Below, piece after piece: positions 27,901-44,600 of a stretch of DNA of 64,000 nt. The position numbers were made by a program, and so were the translations under genes. Positions within the stretch are counted from its first letter, which is position 1. Each line of letters starts with the position of its first letter. Source of the DNA: Eledone cirrhosa (lineage: Eukaryota); the NCBI GenBank assembly GCA_964016885.1, contig OZ024743.1:142476001-142540000 (forward strand), in the 5' to 3' direction. Below the pieces are notes generated by a model. It was given only the letters and a program-made list of their open reading frames with translations, did no database searches and was not told the origin of the DNA.

Positions 27901-30900
27901 GCACCAAGCACCAAACAACAAGCACCAAGCACCAAACACCAAATTCCAAGCACCAAACACCAAACACCAAGCACCAAGGACCCAACATCAAACAACAAGC
28001 ACCAAGCACCAAACACCAAACACCAAGCCCCAAGCACCAAGCACCAAGCACCAAACACCAAGCACCAAGCACCATGCACCAAACCAAACACCAAACACCA
28101 TGCACCAAAGACCAAGCACCAAGCACCAAGCACCAAACAACAAGCACCAAGCACCAAGCACCAAACACCAAGCACCAAGCACCAAACACCAACCACCCAG
28201 CACCAAGCACCAAGCACCAAAGACCAAGCACCAAACACCAAACACCAAACACCAGGCACCAAGCACCAAGCACCAAACACCAAGCACCAAGCACCAAACA
28301 ACAAGCACCAAGCACCAAACACCAAACACCAAGCACCAAACACCAAACACCAAGCACCAAGCACCAAACACCAAACACCAAACACCAAGCACCAAGCACT
28401 AAACAGCAAGCACCAAACACCAAACACCAAACAGCAAACACCAAACAGCAAACACCAAACACCAAACACCAAACAGCAAATGCCAAACACCAAACACCAA
28501 ACAGCAAATGCCAAACACCAAGCACCAAGCACCAAGCACCAAACACCAAGCACCAAGCACCAAGCACAAAACATCAAACACCAAGCACCAAGCACCAAGC
28601 ACCAAACACCAAGCACCAAACACCAAGCACCAAACAACAAGCACCAAACACCAAACACTAAACACCAAGCACCAAGCACCAATCACCAAACACCAAGAAC
28701 CAAGCACCAAACACCAAGCACCAAGCACCAAGCACCAGGCACCAAGCACCAAGCACCAAACACAAAACACCAAGCACCAAGCACCAAGCAGCAAACACCA
28801 AGCATCAAACACCAAACACCAAACACCAAGCACCAAGCACCAAGCAGCAAACAGCAAGCATCAAACACCAAACACCAAACACCAAGCACCAAACACCAAG
28901 CACCAAGCACCAAACACCAAACACCAAGCACCAAGCACCAAGCACCAAACACCAAACACCAAGCACCAAACACCAAACACCAAGCACCATGCACCAAACA
29001 CCAAACAACAAGCACCAGGCACCAAGCAAAAAACACCAAACACCAAGCACGCAGCATCAAAAACCAAGCACCAAGCACCAAGCGCCAAACACCAAGCACC
29101 AAGCACCAAGCACCAAGTACCAAACACCAAGCACCAAACACCAAACACCAAGCACCAATCACCAAGCACGAAACACCAGGCACCAAGCACCAAGCACCAA
29201 ACACCAAACACCAAGCACCAAACACCAGCCACCAAGCACCAAGCACCAAACACCAAACACCAAGCACTAAGCACCAAACACCAAACAACAAGCACCAGGC
29301 ACCAAGCACCAAACACCAAACACCAAGCACGCATCACCAAACACCAAGCACCAAGCACCAAGCACCAAAAACCAAGCACCAAACACCAAGCACCAAACAC
29401 CAAACACCAAACACCAAGCACCAAGAACCAAACACCAAACACCAAACAGCAAGCGCCAAGCACCAACCACCAAGCACCAATCACCAAACACCAAGCACCA
29501 AGCACCAAACACCAAACACCAGGCACAAAGCACCAAACACCAAGCACCAAGCACCAAACACCAAGCACCAAACACAAAGCACCAAGCACCGAACACCAAA
29601 CCCCAAGCACCAAACACCAAACCTCAAGCACCAAGCACAAAACACTAATCACCAAGCACCAAGCACCAAACAACAAGCACCAAGCACCAGGCACCAAGCA
29701 CCAAGCACCAAACACTAATCACCAAGCACCAAGCACCAAACACCAAGCACCAAGCACCATGCACCAAACACCAAGCACCAAGCACCAAACACCAAACAGC
29801 AAGCACCAAGCACCAAACACCAAGCACCAAACACCAAACCCCAAGCACCAATCACCAAACACTAATCACCAAGCACCAAGCACCAAACACCGAGCACCAA
29901 ACACCAAGCACCAAGCACCAAACACCAAACCCCAAGCACCATAGACCAAGCACCAAGCACCAAGGAACAAACACCAAGCACCAAGCACCAAGCACCAAAC
30001 ACCAAGCACCAAGCACCAAACAACGAGCACCAAGCACCAAGCATCAAACACCAAGCACCAAGCACCAAACACCAAACACCAAACACCAAGCACCAAGCAC
30101 TAAACAGCAAGCACCAAACACCAAACACCAAACAGCAAACACCAAACAGCAAACACCAAACACCAAACACCAAACAGCAAATGCCAAACACCAAGCACCA
30201 AGCACCAAGCACCAAACACCAAGCACCAAGCACCAAGCACAAAACATCAAACACCAAGCACCAAGCACCAAGCACCAAACACCAAGCACCAAACACCAAG
30301 CACCAAACAACAAGCACCAAACACCAAACACTAAACACCAAGCACCAAGCACCAATCACCAAACACCAAGAACCAAGCACCAAACACCAAGCACCAAGCA
30401 CCAAGCACCAGGCACCAAGCACCAAGCACCAAACACAAAACACCAAGCACCAAGCACCAAGCAGCAAACACCAAGCATCAAACACCAAACACCAAACACC
30501 AAGCACCAAGCACCAAGCAGCAAACAGCAAGCATCAAACACCAAACACCAAACACCAAGCACCAAACACCAAGCACCAAGCACCAAACACCAAACACCAA
30601 GCACCAAGCACCAAGCACCAAACACCAAACACCAAGCACCAAACACCAAACACCAAGCACCAAGCACCAAACACCAAACAACAAGCACCAGGCACCAAGC
30701 AAAAAACACCAAACACCAAGCACGCAGCATCAAAAACCAAGCACCAAGCACCAAGCACCAAACACCAAGCACCAAGCACCAAGCACCAAGTACCAAACAC
30801 CAAGCACCAAACACCAAACACCAAGCACCAATCACCAAGCACGAAACACCAGGCACCAAGCACCAAGCACCAAACACCAAACACCAAGCACCAAACACCA

Positions 30901-33900
30901 GCCACCAAGCACCAAGCACCAAACACCAAACACCAAGCACTAAGCACCAAACACCAAACAACAAGCACCAGGCACCAAGCACCAAACACCAAACACCAAG
31001 CACGCATCACCAAACACCAAGCACCAAGCACCAAGCACCAAAAACCAAGCACCAAACACCAAGCACCAAACACCAAACACCAAACACCAAGCACCAAGAA
31101 CCAAACACCAAACACCAAACAGCAAGCACCAAGCACCAAACACCAAGCACCAATCACCAAACACCAAGCACCAAGCACCAAACACCAAACACCAGGCACA
31201 AAGCACCAAACACCAAGCACCAAGCACCAAACACCAAGCACCAAACACAAAGCACCAAGCACCGAACACCAAACCCCAAGCACCAAACACCAAACCTCAA
31301 GCACCAAGCACAAAACACTAATCACCAAGCACCAAGCACCAAACAACAAGCACCAAGCACCAGGCACCAAGCACCAAGCACCAAACACTAATCACCAAGC
31401 ACCAAGCACCAAACACCAAGCACCAAGCACCATGCACCAAACACCAAGCACCAAGCACCAAACACCAAACAGCAAGCACCAAAGACCAAGCACCAAACAC
31501 CAAGCACCAAGCACCAAACAATAAGCACCAATCACCAAGCACCAAACACCAAGCACCAAGCACCAAACACCAACCACCCAGCACCAAGCACCAAGCACCA
31601 AACACCAAGCACCAAACACCAAACACCAAACACCAAGCACCAAGCACCAAGCACCAAACACCAAGCACCAAGCACTAAGCACCAAACACCAAGCCCCAAT
31701 CACCAAGCACCAAACACCAAACACCAAGCACCAAGCACCTAACACCAAGCACCAAGCACCAAGCACCTAGCACCAAACACCAAACACCAAGCACCAAGCA
31801 CCAAACACCAAGCACCAATCACCAAGCACCAAACACCAAGCAGCAAGCAGCAAGCAACAAACACCAAACACCAAGCACCAAGCACCAAACACCAAGCACC
31901 AAGGACCAAACATCAAACACCAAGCACCAAGCACCAAACACCTAACACCAATCACCAAGCACCAAGCACCGAACACCAAGCACATAACACCAAGCACCAA
32001 ACACCAAGCACCAAGCACCAAACACCAAGCACCAAACACCAAGCACCAAGCACCAAGCACCAAACACCAAGCACCAGGCACCAAGCACCAAACACCAAAC
32101 ACCATGCACCAAGCACCAAGCCCCAAACACTTAACACCAAGCACCAAGCACCAAGCACCAAACACCAATCACCAAAAACCAAACACCAAGCACCAAGTAC
32201 CAAACACCAAGCACCAAGCACCAAACACCAAGCACCAAGCACCAATCACCAAACACCAAGAACCAAGCACCAAACACCAAGCACCAAGCACCAAGCACCA
32301 GGCACCAAGCACCAAGCACCAAACACAAAACACCAAGCACCAAGGACCAAGCAGCAAACACCAAGCATCAAACACCAAACACCAAACACCAAGCACCAAG
32401 CACCAAGCAGCAAACAGCAAGCATCAAACACCAAACACCAAACACCAAGCACCAAACACCAAGCACCAAGCACCAAACACCAAACACCAAGCACCAAGCA
32501 CCAAGCACCAAACACCAAACACCAAGCACCAAACACCAAACACCAAGCACCAAGCACCAAACACCAAACAACAAGCACCAGGCACCAAGCAAAAAACACC
32601 AAACACCAAGCACGCAGCATCAAACACCAAGCACCAAGCACCAAGCACCAAACACCAAGCACCAAGCACCAAGCACCAAGTACCAAACACCAAACACCAA
32701 GCACCAAACACCAAACACCAAGCACCAATCACCAAGCACGAAACACCAGGCACCAAGCACCAAGCACCAAACACCAAACACCAAGCACCGAACACCAGCC
32801 ACCAAGCACCAAGCACCAAACACCAAGCACCAAGAACCAAACACCAAACACCAAACAGCAAGCACCAAGCACCAAACACCAAGCACCAATCACCAAACAC
32901 CAAGCACCAAGCACCAAACACCAAGCACGAAACACCAGGCACCAAGCACCAAGCACCAAACACCAAACACCAAGCACCAAACACCAGCCACCAAGCACCA
33001 AGCACCAAACACCAAACACCAAGCACCAAGCACCAAGCACCAAACACCAAGCACCAAGCACCAAACACCAAACACCAAGCACCAAGCACCAAGCACCAAA
33101 AACCAAGCACCAAGCACCAAGCACCAAACACCAAACACCAAACACCAAGCAGCAAGAACCAAACACCAAACACCAAACAGCAAGCACCAAGCACCAAACA
33201 CCAAGCACCAATCACCAAACACCAAGCACCAAGCACCAAACACCAAACACCAGGCACAAAGCACCAAACACCAAGCACCAAGCACCAAACACCAAGCACC
33301 AAACACAAAGCACCAAGCACCAAACACCAAACCCCAAGCACCAAACACCAAACCTCAAGCACCAAGCACAAAACACTAATCACCAAGCACCAAGCACCAA
33401 ACAACAAGCACCAAGCACCAGGCACCAAGCACCAAGCACCAAACACTAATCACCAAGCACCAAGCACCAAGCACCAAACACCAAACACCAAGCACCAAGC
33501 ACCATGCACCAAACCAAACACCAAACACCATGCACCAAAGACCAAGCACCAAGCACCAAGCACCAAACAACAAGCACCAAGCACCAAGCACCAAACACCA
33601 AGCACCAAGCACCAAACACCAAATTCCAAGCACCAAACACCAAACACCAAGCACCAAGGACCCAACATCAAACAACAAGCACCAAGCACCAAACACCAAA
33701 CACCAAGCCCCAAGCACCAAGCACCAAGCACCAAACACCAAGCACCAAGCACCATGCACCAAACCAAACACCAAACACCATGCACCAAAGACCAAGCACC
33801 AAGCACCAAGCACCAAACAACAAGCACCAAGCACCAAGCACCAAACACCAAGCACCAAGCACCAAACACCAACCACCCAGAACCAAGCACCAAGCACCAA

Positions 33901-36900
33901 AGACCAAGCACCAAACACCAAACACCAAACACCAGGCACCAAGCACCAAGCACCAAACACCAAGCACCAAGCACCAAACAACAAGCACCAAGCACCAAAC
34001 ACCAAACACCAAGCACCAAACACCAAACACCAAGCACCAAGCACCAAACACCAAACACCAAACACCAAGCACCAAGCACTAAACAGCAAGCACCAAACAC
34101 CAAACACCAAACAGCAAACACCAAACAGCAAACACCAAACACCAAACACCAAACAGCAAATGCCAAACACCAAGCACCAAGCACCAAGCACCAAACACCA
34201 AGCACCAAGCACCAAGCACAAAACATCAAACACCAAGCACCAAGCACCAAGCACCAAACACCAAACACCAAGCACCAAGCACCAAACACCAAACAACAAG
34301 CACCAGGCACCAAGCAAAAAACACCAAACACCAAGCACGCAGCATCAAACACCAAGCACCAAGCACCAAGCACCAAACACCAAGCACCAAGCACCAAGCA
34401 CCAAGTACCAAACACCAAACACCAAGCACCAAACACCAAACACCAAGCACCAATCACCAAGCACGAAACACCAGGCACCAAGCACCAAGCACCAAACACC
34501 AAACACCAAGCACCGAACACCAGCCACCAAGCACCAAGCACCAAACACCAAGCACCAAGAACCAAACACCAAACACCAAACAGCAAGCACCAAGCACCAA
34601 ACACCAAGCACCAATCACCAAACACCAAGCACCAAGCACCAAACACCAAGCACGAAACACCAGGCACCAAGCACCAAGCACCAAACACCAAACACCAAGC
34701 ACCAAACACCAGCCACCAAGCACCAAGCACCAAACACCAAACACCAAGCACCAAGCACCAAGCACCAAACACCAAGCACCAAGCACCAAACACCAAACAC
34801 CAAGCACCAAGCACCAAGCACCAAAAACCAAGCACCAAGCACCAAGCACCAAACACCAAACACCAAACACCAAGCACCAAGAACCAAACACCAAACACCA
34901 AACAGCAAGCACCAAGCACCAAACACCAAGCACCAATCACCAAACACCAAGCACCAAGCACCAAACACCAAACACCAGGCACAAAGCACCAAACACCAAG
35001 CACCAAGCACCAAACACCAAGCACCAAACACAAAGCACCAAGCACCAAACACCAAACCCCAAGCACCAAACACCAAACCTCAAGCACCAAGCACAAAACA
35101 CTAATCACCAAGCACCAAGCACCAAACAACAAGCACCAAGCACCAGGCACCAAGCACCAAACACTAATCACCAAGCACCAAGCACCAAGCACCAAACACC
35201 AAGCACCAAGCACCATGCACCAAACCAAACACCAAACACCATGCACCAAAGACCAAGCACCAAGCACCAAGCACCAAACAACAAGCACCAAGCACCAAGC
35301 ACCAAACACCAAGCACCAAGCACCAAACACCAACCACCCAGCACCAAGCACCAAGCACCAAAGACCAAGCACCAAACACCAAACACCAAACACCAGGCAC
35401 CAAGCACCAAGCACCAAACACCAAGCACCAAGCACCAAACAACAAGCACCAAGCACCAAACACCAAACACCAAGCACCAAACACCAAACACCAAGCACCA
35501 AGGACCCAACATCAAACAACAAGCACCAAGCACCAAACACCAAACACCAAGCCCCAAGCACCAAGCACCAAGCACCAAACACCAAGCACCAAGCACCATG
35601 CACCAAACCAAACACCAAACACCATGCACCAAAGACCAAGCACCAAGCACCAAGCACCAAACAACAAGCACCAAGCACCAAGCACCAAACACCAAGCACC
35701 AAGCACCAAACACCAACCACCCAGCACCAAGCACCAAGCACCAAAGACCAAGCACCAAACACCAAACACCAAACACCAGGCACCAAGCACCAAGCACCAA
35801 ACACCAAGCACCAAGCACCAAACAACAAGCACCAAGCACCAAACACCAGACACCAAGCACCAAACACCAAACACCAAGCACCAAGCACCAAACACCAAAC
35901 ACCAAACACCAAGCGCCAAGCACTAAACAGCAAGCACCAAACACCAAACACCAAACAGCAAACACCAAACAGCAAACACCAAACACCAAACACCAAACAG
36001 CAAATGCCAAACACCAAGCACCAAGCACCAAGCACCAAACACCAAGCACCAAGCACCAAGCACAAAACATCAAACACCAAGCCCCAAGCACCAAGCACCA
36101 AACACCAAGCACCAAACACCAAGCACCAAACACCAAGCACCAAACACCAAACACTAAACACCAAGCACCAAGCACCAATCACCAAACACCAAGAACCAAG
36201 CACCAAACACCAAGCACCAAGCACCAAGCACCAGGCACCAAGCACCAAGCACCAAACACAAAACACCAAGCACCAAGCACCAAGCAGCAAACACCAAGAA
36301 TCAAACACTAAACACCAAACACCAAGCACCAAGCACCAAGCAGCAAACAGCAAGCATCAAACACCAAACACCAAACACCAAGCACCAAACACCAAGCACC
36401 AAGCACCAAACACCAAACACCAAGCACCAAGCACCAAGCACCAAACACCAAACACCAAGCACCAAACACCAAACACCAAGCACCAAGCACCAAACACCAA
36501 ACAACAAGCACCAGGCACCAAGCAAAAAACACCAAACACCAAGCACGCAGCATCAAACACCAAGCACCAAGCACCAAGCACCAAACACCAAGCACCAAGC
36601 ACCAAGCACCAAGTACCAAACACCAAGCACCAAACACCAAACACCAAGCACCAATCACCAAGCACGAAACACCAGGCACCAAGCACCAAGCACCAAACAC
36701 CAAACACCAAGCACCAAACACCAGCCACCAAGCACCAAGCACCAAACACCAAACACCAAGCACTAAGCACCAAACACCAAACAACAAGCACCAGGCACCA
36801 AGCACCAAACACCAAACACCAAGCACGCATCACCAAACACCAAGCACCAAGCACCAAGCACCAAAAACCAAGCACCAAGCACCAAGCACCAAACACCAAA

Positions 36901-38672
36901 CACCAAACACCAAGCACCAAGAACCAAACACCAAACACCAAACAGCAAGCACCAAGCACCAAACACCAAGCACCAATAACCAAACACCAAACACCAAGCA
37001 CCAAGCACCAAACACCAAACACCAGGCACAAAGCACCAAACACCAAGCACCAAGCATCAAACACCAAGCACCAAACACAAAGCACCAAGCACCAAACACC
37101 AAACCCCAAGCACCAAACACCAAACCTCAAGCACCAAGCACAAAACACTAATCACCAAGCACCAAGCACCAAACAACAAGCACCAAGCACCAGGCACCAA
37201 GCACCAAGCACCAAACACTAATCACCAAGCACCAAGCACCAAGCACCAAACACCAAGCACCAAGCACCATGCACCAAACACCAAGCACCAAGCACCAAAC
37301 ACCAAACAGCAAGCACCAAAGACCAAGCACCAAACACCAAGCACCAAGCACCAAACAATAAGCACCAAGCACCAAGCACCAAACACCAAGCACCAAGCAC
37401 CAAACACCAACCACCCAGCACCAAGCACCAAGCACCAAACACCAAGCACCAAACACCAAACACCAAACACCAAGCACCAAGCACCAAGCACCAAACACCA
37501 AGCACCAAGCACTAAGCACCAAACACCAAGCCCCAATCACCAAGCACCAAACACCAAACACCAAGCACCAAGCACCTAACAACAAGCACCAAGCACCAAG
37601 CACCTAGCAACAAACAACAAACACCAAGCACCAAGCACCAAACACCAAGCACCAATCACCAAGCACCAAACACCAAGCAGCAAGCAGCAAGCAACAAACA
37701 CCAAACACCAAGCACCAAGCACCAAACACCAAGGACCAAGGACCAAACATCAAACACCAAGCACCAAGCACCAAACACCTAACACCAATCACCAAGCACC
37801 AAGCACCGAACACCAAGCACATAACACCAAGCACCAAACACCAAGCACCAAGCACCAAACACCAAGCACCAAACACCAAGCACCAAGCACCAAGCACCAA
37901 ACACCAAGCACCAGGCACCAAGCACCAAACACCAAACACCATGCACCAAGCACCAAGCCCCAAACACTTAACACCAAGCACCAAGCACCAAGCACCAAAC
38001 ACCAATCACCAAAAACCAAACACCAAGCACCAAGTACCAAACACCAAGCACCAAGCACCAAACACCAAGCACCAAGCACCAATCACCAAACACCAAGAAC
38101 CAAGCACCAAACACCAAGCACCAAGCACCAAGCACCAGGCACCAAGCACCAAGCACCAAACACAAAACACCAAGCACCAAGGACCAAGCAGCAAACACCA
38201 AGCATCAAACACCAAACACCAAACACCAAGCACCAAGCACCAAGCAGCAAACAGCAAGCATCAAACACCAAACACCAAACACCAAGCACCAAACACCAAG
38301 CACCAAGCACCAAACACCAAACACCAAGCACCAAGCACCAAGCACCAAACACCAAACACCAAGCACCAAACACCAAACACCAAGCACCAAGCACCAAACA
38401 CCAAACAACAAGCACCAGGCACCAAGCAAAAAACACCAAACACCAAGCACGCAGCATCAAACACCAAGCACCAAGCACCAAGCACCAAACACCAAGCACC
38501 AAGCACCAAGCACCAAGTACCAAACACCAAACACCAAGCACCAAACACCAAACACCAAGCACCAATCACCAAGCACGAAACACCAGGCACCAAGCACCAA
38601 GCACCAAACACCAAACACCAAGCACCGAACACCAGCCACCAAGCACCAAGCACCAAACACCAAGCACCAAGA
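15625..38672 (+). repeat. Near-perfect 11,524-bp tandem duplication: copy A 15625-27148, copy B 27149-38672
   Basis: ORF pairs 16167/27691, 18657/30181, 20580/32104 (both 1705 aa), 21926/33450, 26080/37604 and 26417/37941 all differ by 11524. Landmarks cagccacc 15657/27181 and gaacc 27147/38671 confirm the offset. Confidence 0.93.
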
Positions 38673-41600
38673 ACCAAACACCAAACACCAAACAGCAAGC
38701 ACCAAGCACCAAACACCAAGCACCAATCACCAAACACCAAGCACCAAGCACCAAACACCAAGCACGAAACACCAGGCACCAAGCACCAAGCACCAAACAC
38801 CAAACACCAAGCACCAAACACCAGCCACCAAGCACCAAGCACCAAACACCAAACACCAAGCACCAAGCACCAAGCACCAAACACCAAACACCAAGCACCA
38901 AGCACCAAGCACCAAAAACCAAGCACCAAGCACCAAGCACCAAACACCAAACACCAAACACCAAGCACCAAACACCAAGCACCAATCACCAAACACCAAG
39001 CACCAAGCACCAAACACCAAACACCAGGCACAAAGCACCAAACACCAAGCACCAAGCACCAAACACCAAGCACCAAACACAAAGCACCAAGCACCAAACA
39101 CCAAACCCCAAGCACCAAACACCAAACCTCAAGCACCAAGCACAAAACACTAATCACCAAGCACCAAGCACCAAACAACAAGCACCAAGCACCAGGCACC
39201 AAGCACCAAGCACCAAACACTAATCACCAAGCACCAAGCACCAAGCACCAAACACCAAGCACCAAGCACCATGCACCAAACCAAACACCAAACACCATGC
39301 ACCAAAGACCAAGCACCAAGCACCAAGCACCAAACAACAAGCACCAAGCACCAAGCACCAAACACCAAGCACCAAGCACCAAACACCAACCACCCAGCAC
39401 CAAGCACCAAGCACCAAAGACCAAGCACCAAACACCAAACACCAGGCACCAAGCACCAAGCACCAAACACCAAGCACCAAGCACCAAACAACAAGCACCA
39501 AGCACCAAACACCAAACACCAAGCACCAAACACCAAACACCAAGCACCAAGGACCCAACATCAAACAACAAGCACCAAGCACCAAACACCAAACACCAAG
39601 CCCCAAGCACCAAGCTCCAAGCACCGAACACCAAGCCCCAAACACCATGCACCAAGCACCAAGCACCAAGTACCAAACACCAAACACCAAACACCAAGCA
39701 CCAAGAACCAAACACCAAACACCAAACACCAAGCACCAAGCACCAAACTCCAAGCACCAAGCACCAAACACCAAGCACCAAGCACCAAGCACCAAACACC
39801 AAGCACCAAGCACCAAACACCAAACTCCAAGCACCAAACATCAAACCGCAAGCACCAAGCACCAAACACTAATCACCAAGCACCAAGCACCAAACATCAA
39901 GCACCAAGCACCAAGCACCAGGCACCAAGCACCAAGCACCAAACACAAAACACCAAGCACCAAGCACCAAGCAGCAAACACCAAGCATCAAACACCAAAC
40001 ACCAAACACCAAGCACCAAACACCAAGCACCAAGCACCAAACACCAAACACCAAGCACCAAGCACCAAACACCAAACATCAAGCACCAAACACCAGATAC
40101 CAAGCACCAAGCACCAAGCACCAAACACCAAACACCAAGCAGCAAGCACCAAACACCAAACAACAAGCAGCAGGCACCAAGCTCCAAACACCAAACACCA
40201 AGCACCAAGCACCAAACACCAAACACCAAGCACGCAGCATCAAACACCAAGCACCAAACACCAAGCACCAAGCACCAAGCACCAAGTACCAAACACCAAA
40301 CACCAAGCACCAAACACCAAACACCAAGCACCAAGCACCAAGCACGAAACACCAGGCACCAAGCACCAAGCACCAAACTCCAAACACCAAGCACCAAGCA
40401 CCAGCCACCAAGCACCAAGCACCAAACACCAAACACCAAGCACTAAGCACCAAACACCAAACAACAAGCACCAGGCACCAAGCACCAAACACCAAACACC
40501 AAGCACGCAGCATCAAACAGCAAGCACCAAGCACCAAGCACCAAACACCAAGCACCAAGCACCAAGCACCAAACACCAAACACCAAAAACCAAGCACCAG
40601 GAACCAAACACCAAACACCAAACAGCAAGCACCAAGCACCAAACACCAAGCACCAAACAGCAAACCTCAAGCACCAATCACCAAACACTAATCACCAAGC
40701 ACCAAGCACCAAACACCAAGCACCAAGCAGCAATCACCAAACACCAAGCACCAAGCACCAAGAACCAAGCACCAAACACCAAGCACCAAGCACCAAACAC
40801 CAAAACCCAAGCACCAAGCACCAAACACCCAGCACCAAGCACCAAGCACCAAACACCAAACACCAAGCACCAAGCACCAAACAGCAAGCACCAAACACCA
40901 AACACCAAACAGCAAACACCAAACAGCAAACACCAAACAGCAAACAGCAAACAGCAAACGCCAAACACCAAACACCAAGCACCAAGCACCAAACACCAAG
41001 CACCAAGCACCAAACACCAAGCACCAAGCACCAAGCACCAAACACCAAGCACCAAGCACCAAGCACCAAGCACCAAGCACCAAACACCAAGCACCAAGCA
41101 CCAAACACCAAACCCCAAGCACCTAACACCAAACCGCAAGCACCAAGGACCAAACACTAATCACCAAGCACCAAGCACCTGACAACAAGCACCAAGCACC
41201 AAGCACCAGGCACGAAGCACCAAGCACCAAACACAAAACACAAAGCACCAAGCACCAAGCAGCAAGCACCAAGCATCAAACACCAAACACCAAACACCAA
41301 GCACCAAACACCAAGCACCAAGCACCAAACACCAAACACCAAGCACCAAACACCAGATACCAAGCACCAAGCACCAAGCACCAAACACCAAACATCAAGC
41401 ACCAAACACCAAACACCAAGCACCAAACGCCAAACACCAAACAACAAGCACCAGGCACCAAGCTCCAAACACCAAACACCAAGCACCAAGCACCAAACAC
41501 CAAACACCAAGCACGCAGCATCAAACACCAAGCACCAAACACCAAGCACCAAGCACCAAGCACCAAGTACCAAGCACCAAACACCAAACACCAAGCACCA

Positions 41601-44600
41601 AACACCAAACACCAAGCACCAGGCACCAAGCACGAAACACCAGGCACCAAGCACCAAGCACCAAACTCCAAACACCAAGCACCAAGCACCAGCCACCAAG
41701 CACCAAGCACCAAACACCAAACACCAAGCACTAAGCACCAAACACCAAACACCATGCACCAGGCACCAAGCACCAAACACCAAACACCAAGCACGCAGCA
41801 CCAAACACCAAGCACCAAGCACCAAGCACCAAACACCAAGCACCAAGCACCAAGCACCAAACACCAAACACCAAACACCAAGCACCAAGAACCAAACACC
41901 AAACACCAAACAGCAAGCACCAAGCACCAAACACCAAGCCCCAAACACCAAACCCCAAGCACCAATCACCAAACACTAATCACCAAGCACCAAGCACCAA
42001 ACACCAAGCACCAAGCAGCAAGCACCAAACACCAAGCACCAAGCACCAAGCACCAAGCACCAAACACCAAGCACCAAGCACCAAACACCAAAACCCAAGC
42101 ACCAAAGACCAAGCTCCAAGCACCAAGGACCAAACACCAAGCACCAAGCACCAAGCACCAAACACCAAGCACCAAGCACCAATCACCAAACACCAAGAAC
42201 CAAGCACCAAACACCAAGCACCAAGCACCAAGCACCAGGCACCAAGCACCAAGCACCAAACACAAAACACCAAGCACCAAGGACCAAGCAGCAAACACCA
42301 AGCATCAAACACCAAACACCAAACACCAAGCACCAAGCACCAAGCAGCAAACAGCAAGCATCAAACACCAAACACCAAACACCAAGCACCAAACACCAAG
42401 CACCAAGCACCAAACACCAAACACCAAGCACCAAGCACCAAGCACCAAGCACCAAACACCAAACACCAAGCACCAAACACCAAACACCAAGCACCAAGCA
42501 CCAAACACCAAACAACAAGCACCAGGCACCAAGCAAAAAACACCAAACACCAAGCACGCAGCATCAAACACCAAGCACCAAGCACCAAGCACCAAACACC
42601 AAGCACCAAGCACCAAGCACCAAGTACCAAACACCAAACACCAAGCACCAAACACCAAACACCAAGCACCAATCACCAAGCACGAAACACCAGGCACCAA
42701 GCACCAAGCACCAAACACCAAACACCAAGCACCGAACACCAGCCACCAAGCACCAAGCACCAAACACCAAGCACCAAGAACCAAACACCAAACACCAAAC
42801 AGCAAGCACCAAGCACCAAACACCAAGCACCAATCACCAAACACCAAGCACCAAGCACCAAACACCAAGCACGAAACACCAGGCACCAAGCACCAAGCAC
42901 CAAACACCAAACACCAAGCACCAAACACCAGCCACCAAGCACCAAGCACCAAACACCAAACACCAAGCACCAAGCACCAAGCACCAAACACCAAGCACCA
43001 AGCACCAAACACCAAACACCAAGCACCAAGCACCAAGCACCAAAAACCAAGCACCAAGCACCAAGCACCAAACACCAAACACCAAACACCAAGCACCAAG
43101 AACCAAACACGAAACACCAAACAGCAAGCACCAAGCACCAAACACCAAGCACCAATCACCAAACACCAAGCACCAAGCACCAAACACCAAACACCAGGCA
43201 CAAAGCACCAAACACCAAGCACCAAGCACCAAACACCAAGCACCAAACACAAAGCACCAAGCACCAAACACCAAACCCCAAGCACCAAACACCAAACCTC
43301 AAGCACCAAGCACAAAACACTAATCACCAAGCACCAAGCACCAAACAACAAGCACCAAGCACCAGGCACCAAGCACCAAGCACCAAACACTAATCACCAA
43401 GCACCAAGCACCAAGCACCAAACACCAAGCACCAAGCACCATGCACCAAACCAAACACCAAACACCATGCACCAAAGACCAAGCACCAAGCACCAAGCAC
43501 CAAACAACAAGCACCAAGCACCAAGCACCAAACACCAAGCACCAAGCACCAAACACCAACCACCCAGCACCAAGCACCAAGCACCAAAGACCAAGCACCA
43601 AACACCAAACACCAAACACCAGGCACCAAGCACCAAGCACCAAACACCAAGCACCAAGCACCAAACAACAAGCACCAAGCACCAAACACCAAACACCAAG
43701 CACCAAACACCAAACACCAAGCACCAAGGACCCAACATCAAACAACAAGCACCAAGCACCAAACACCAAACACCAAGCCCCAAGCACCAAGCTCCAAGCA
43801 CCGAACACCAAGCCCCAAACACCATGCACCAAGCACCAAGCACCAAGTACCAAACACCAAACACCAAACACCAAGCACCAAGAACCAAACACCAAACACC
43901 AAACACCAAGCACCAAGCACCAAACTCCAAGCACCAAGCACCAAACACCAAGCACCAAGCACCAAGCACCAAACACCAAGCACCAAGCACCAAACACCAA
44001 ACTCCAAGCACCAAACATCAAACCGCAAGCACCAAGCACCAAACACTAATCACCAAGCACCAAGCACCAAACACAAAACACGAAGCACCAAGCACCAAGC
44101 AGCAAACACCAAGCATCAAACACCAAACACCAAACACCAAGCACCAAACACCAAGCACCAAGCACCAAACACCAAACACCAAGCACCAAGCACCAAACAC
44201 CAAACATCAAGCACCAAACACCAGATACCAAGCACCAAGCACCAAGCACCAAACACCAAACACCAAGCAGCAAGCACCAAACACCAAACAACAAGCAGCA
44301 GGCACCAAGCTCCAAACACCAAACACCAAGCACCAAGCACCAAACACCAAACACCAAGCACGCAGCATCAAACACCAAGCACCAAACACCAAGCACCAAG
44401 CACCAAGCACCAAGTACCAAACACCAAACACCAAGCACCAAACACCAAACACCAAGCACCAAGCACCAAGCACGAAACACCAGGCACCAAGCACCAAGCA
44501 CCAAACTCCAAACACCAAGCACCAAGCACCAGCCACCAAGCACCAAGCACCAAACACCAAACACCAAGCACTAAGCACCAAACACCAAACAACAAGCACC

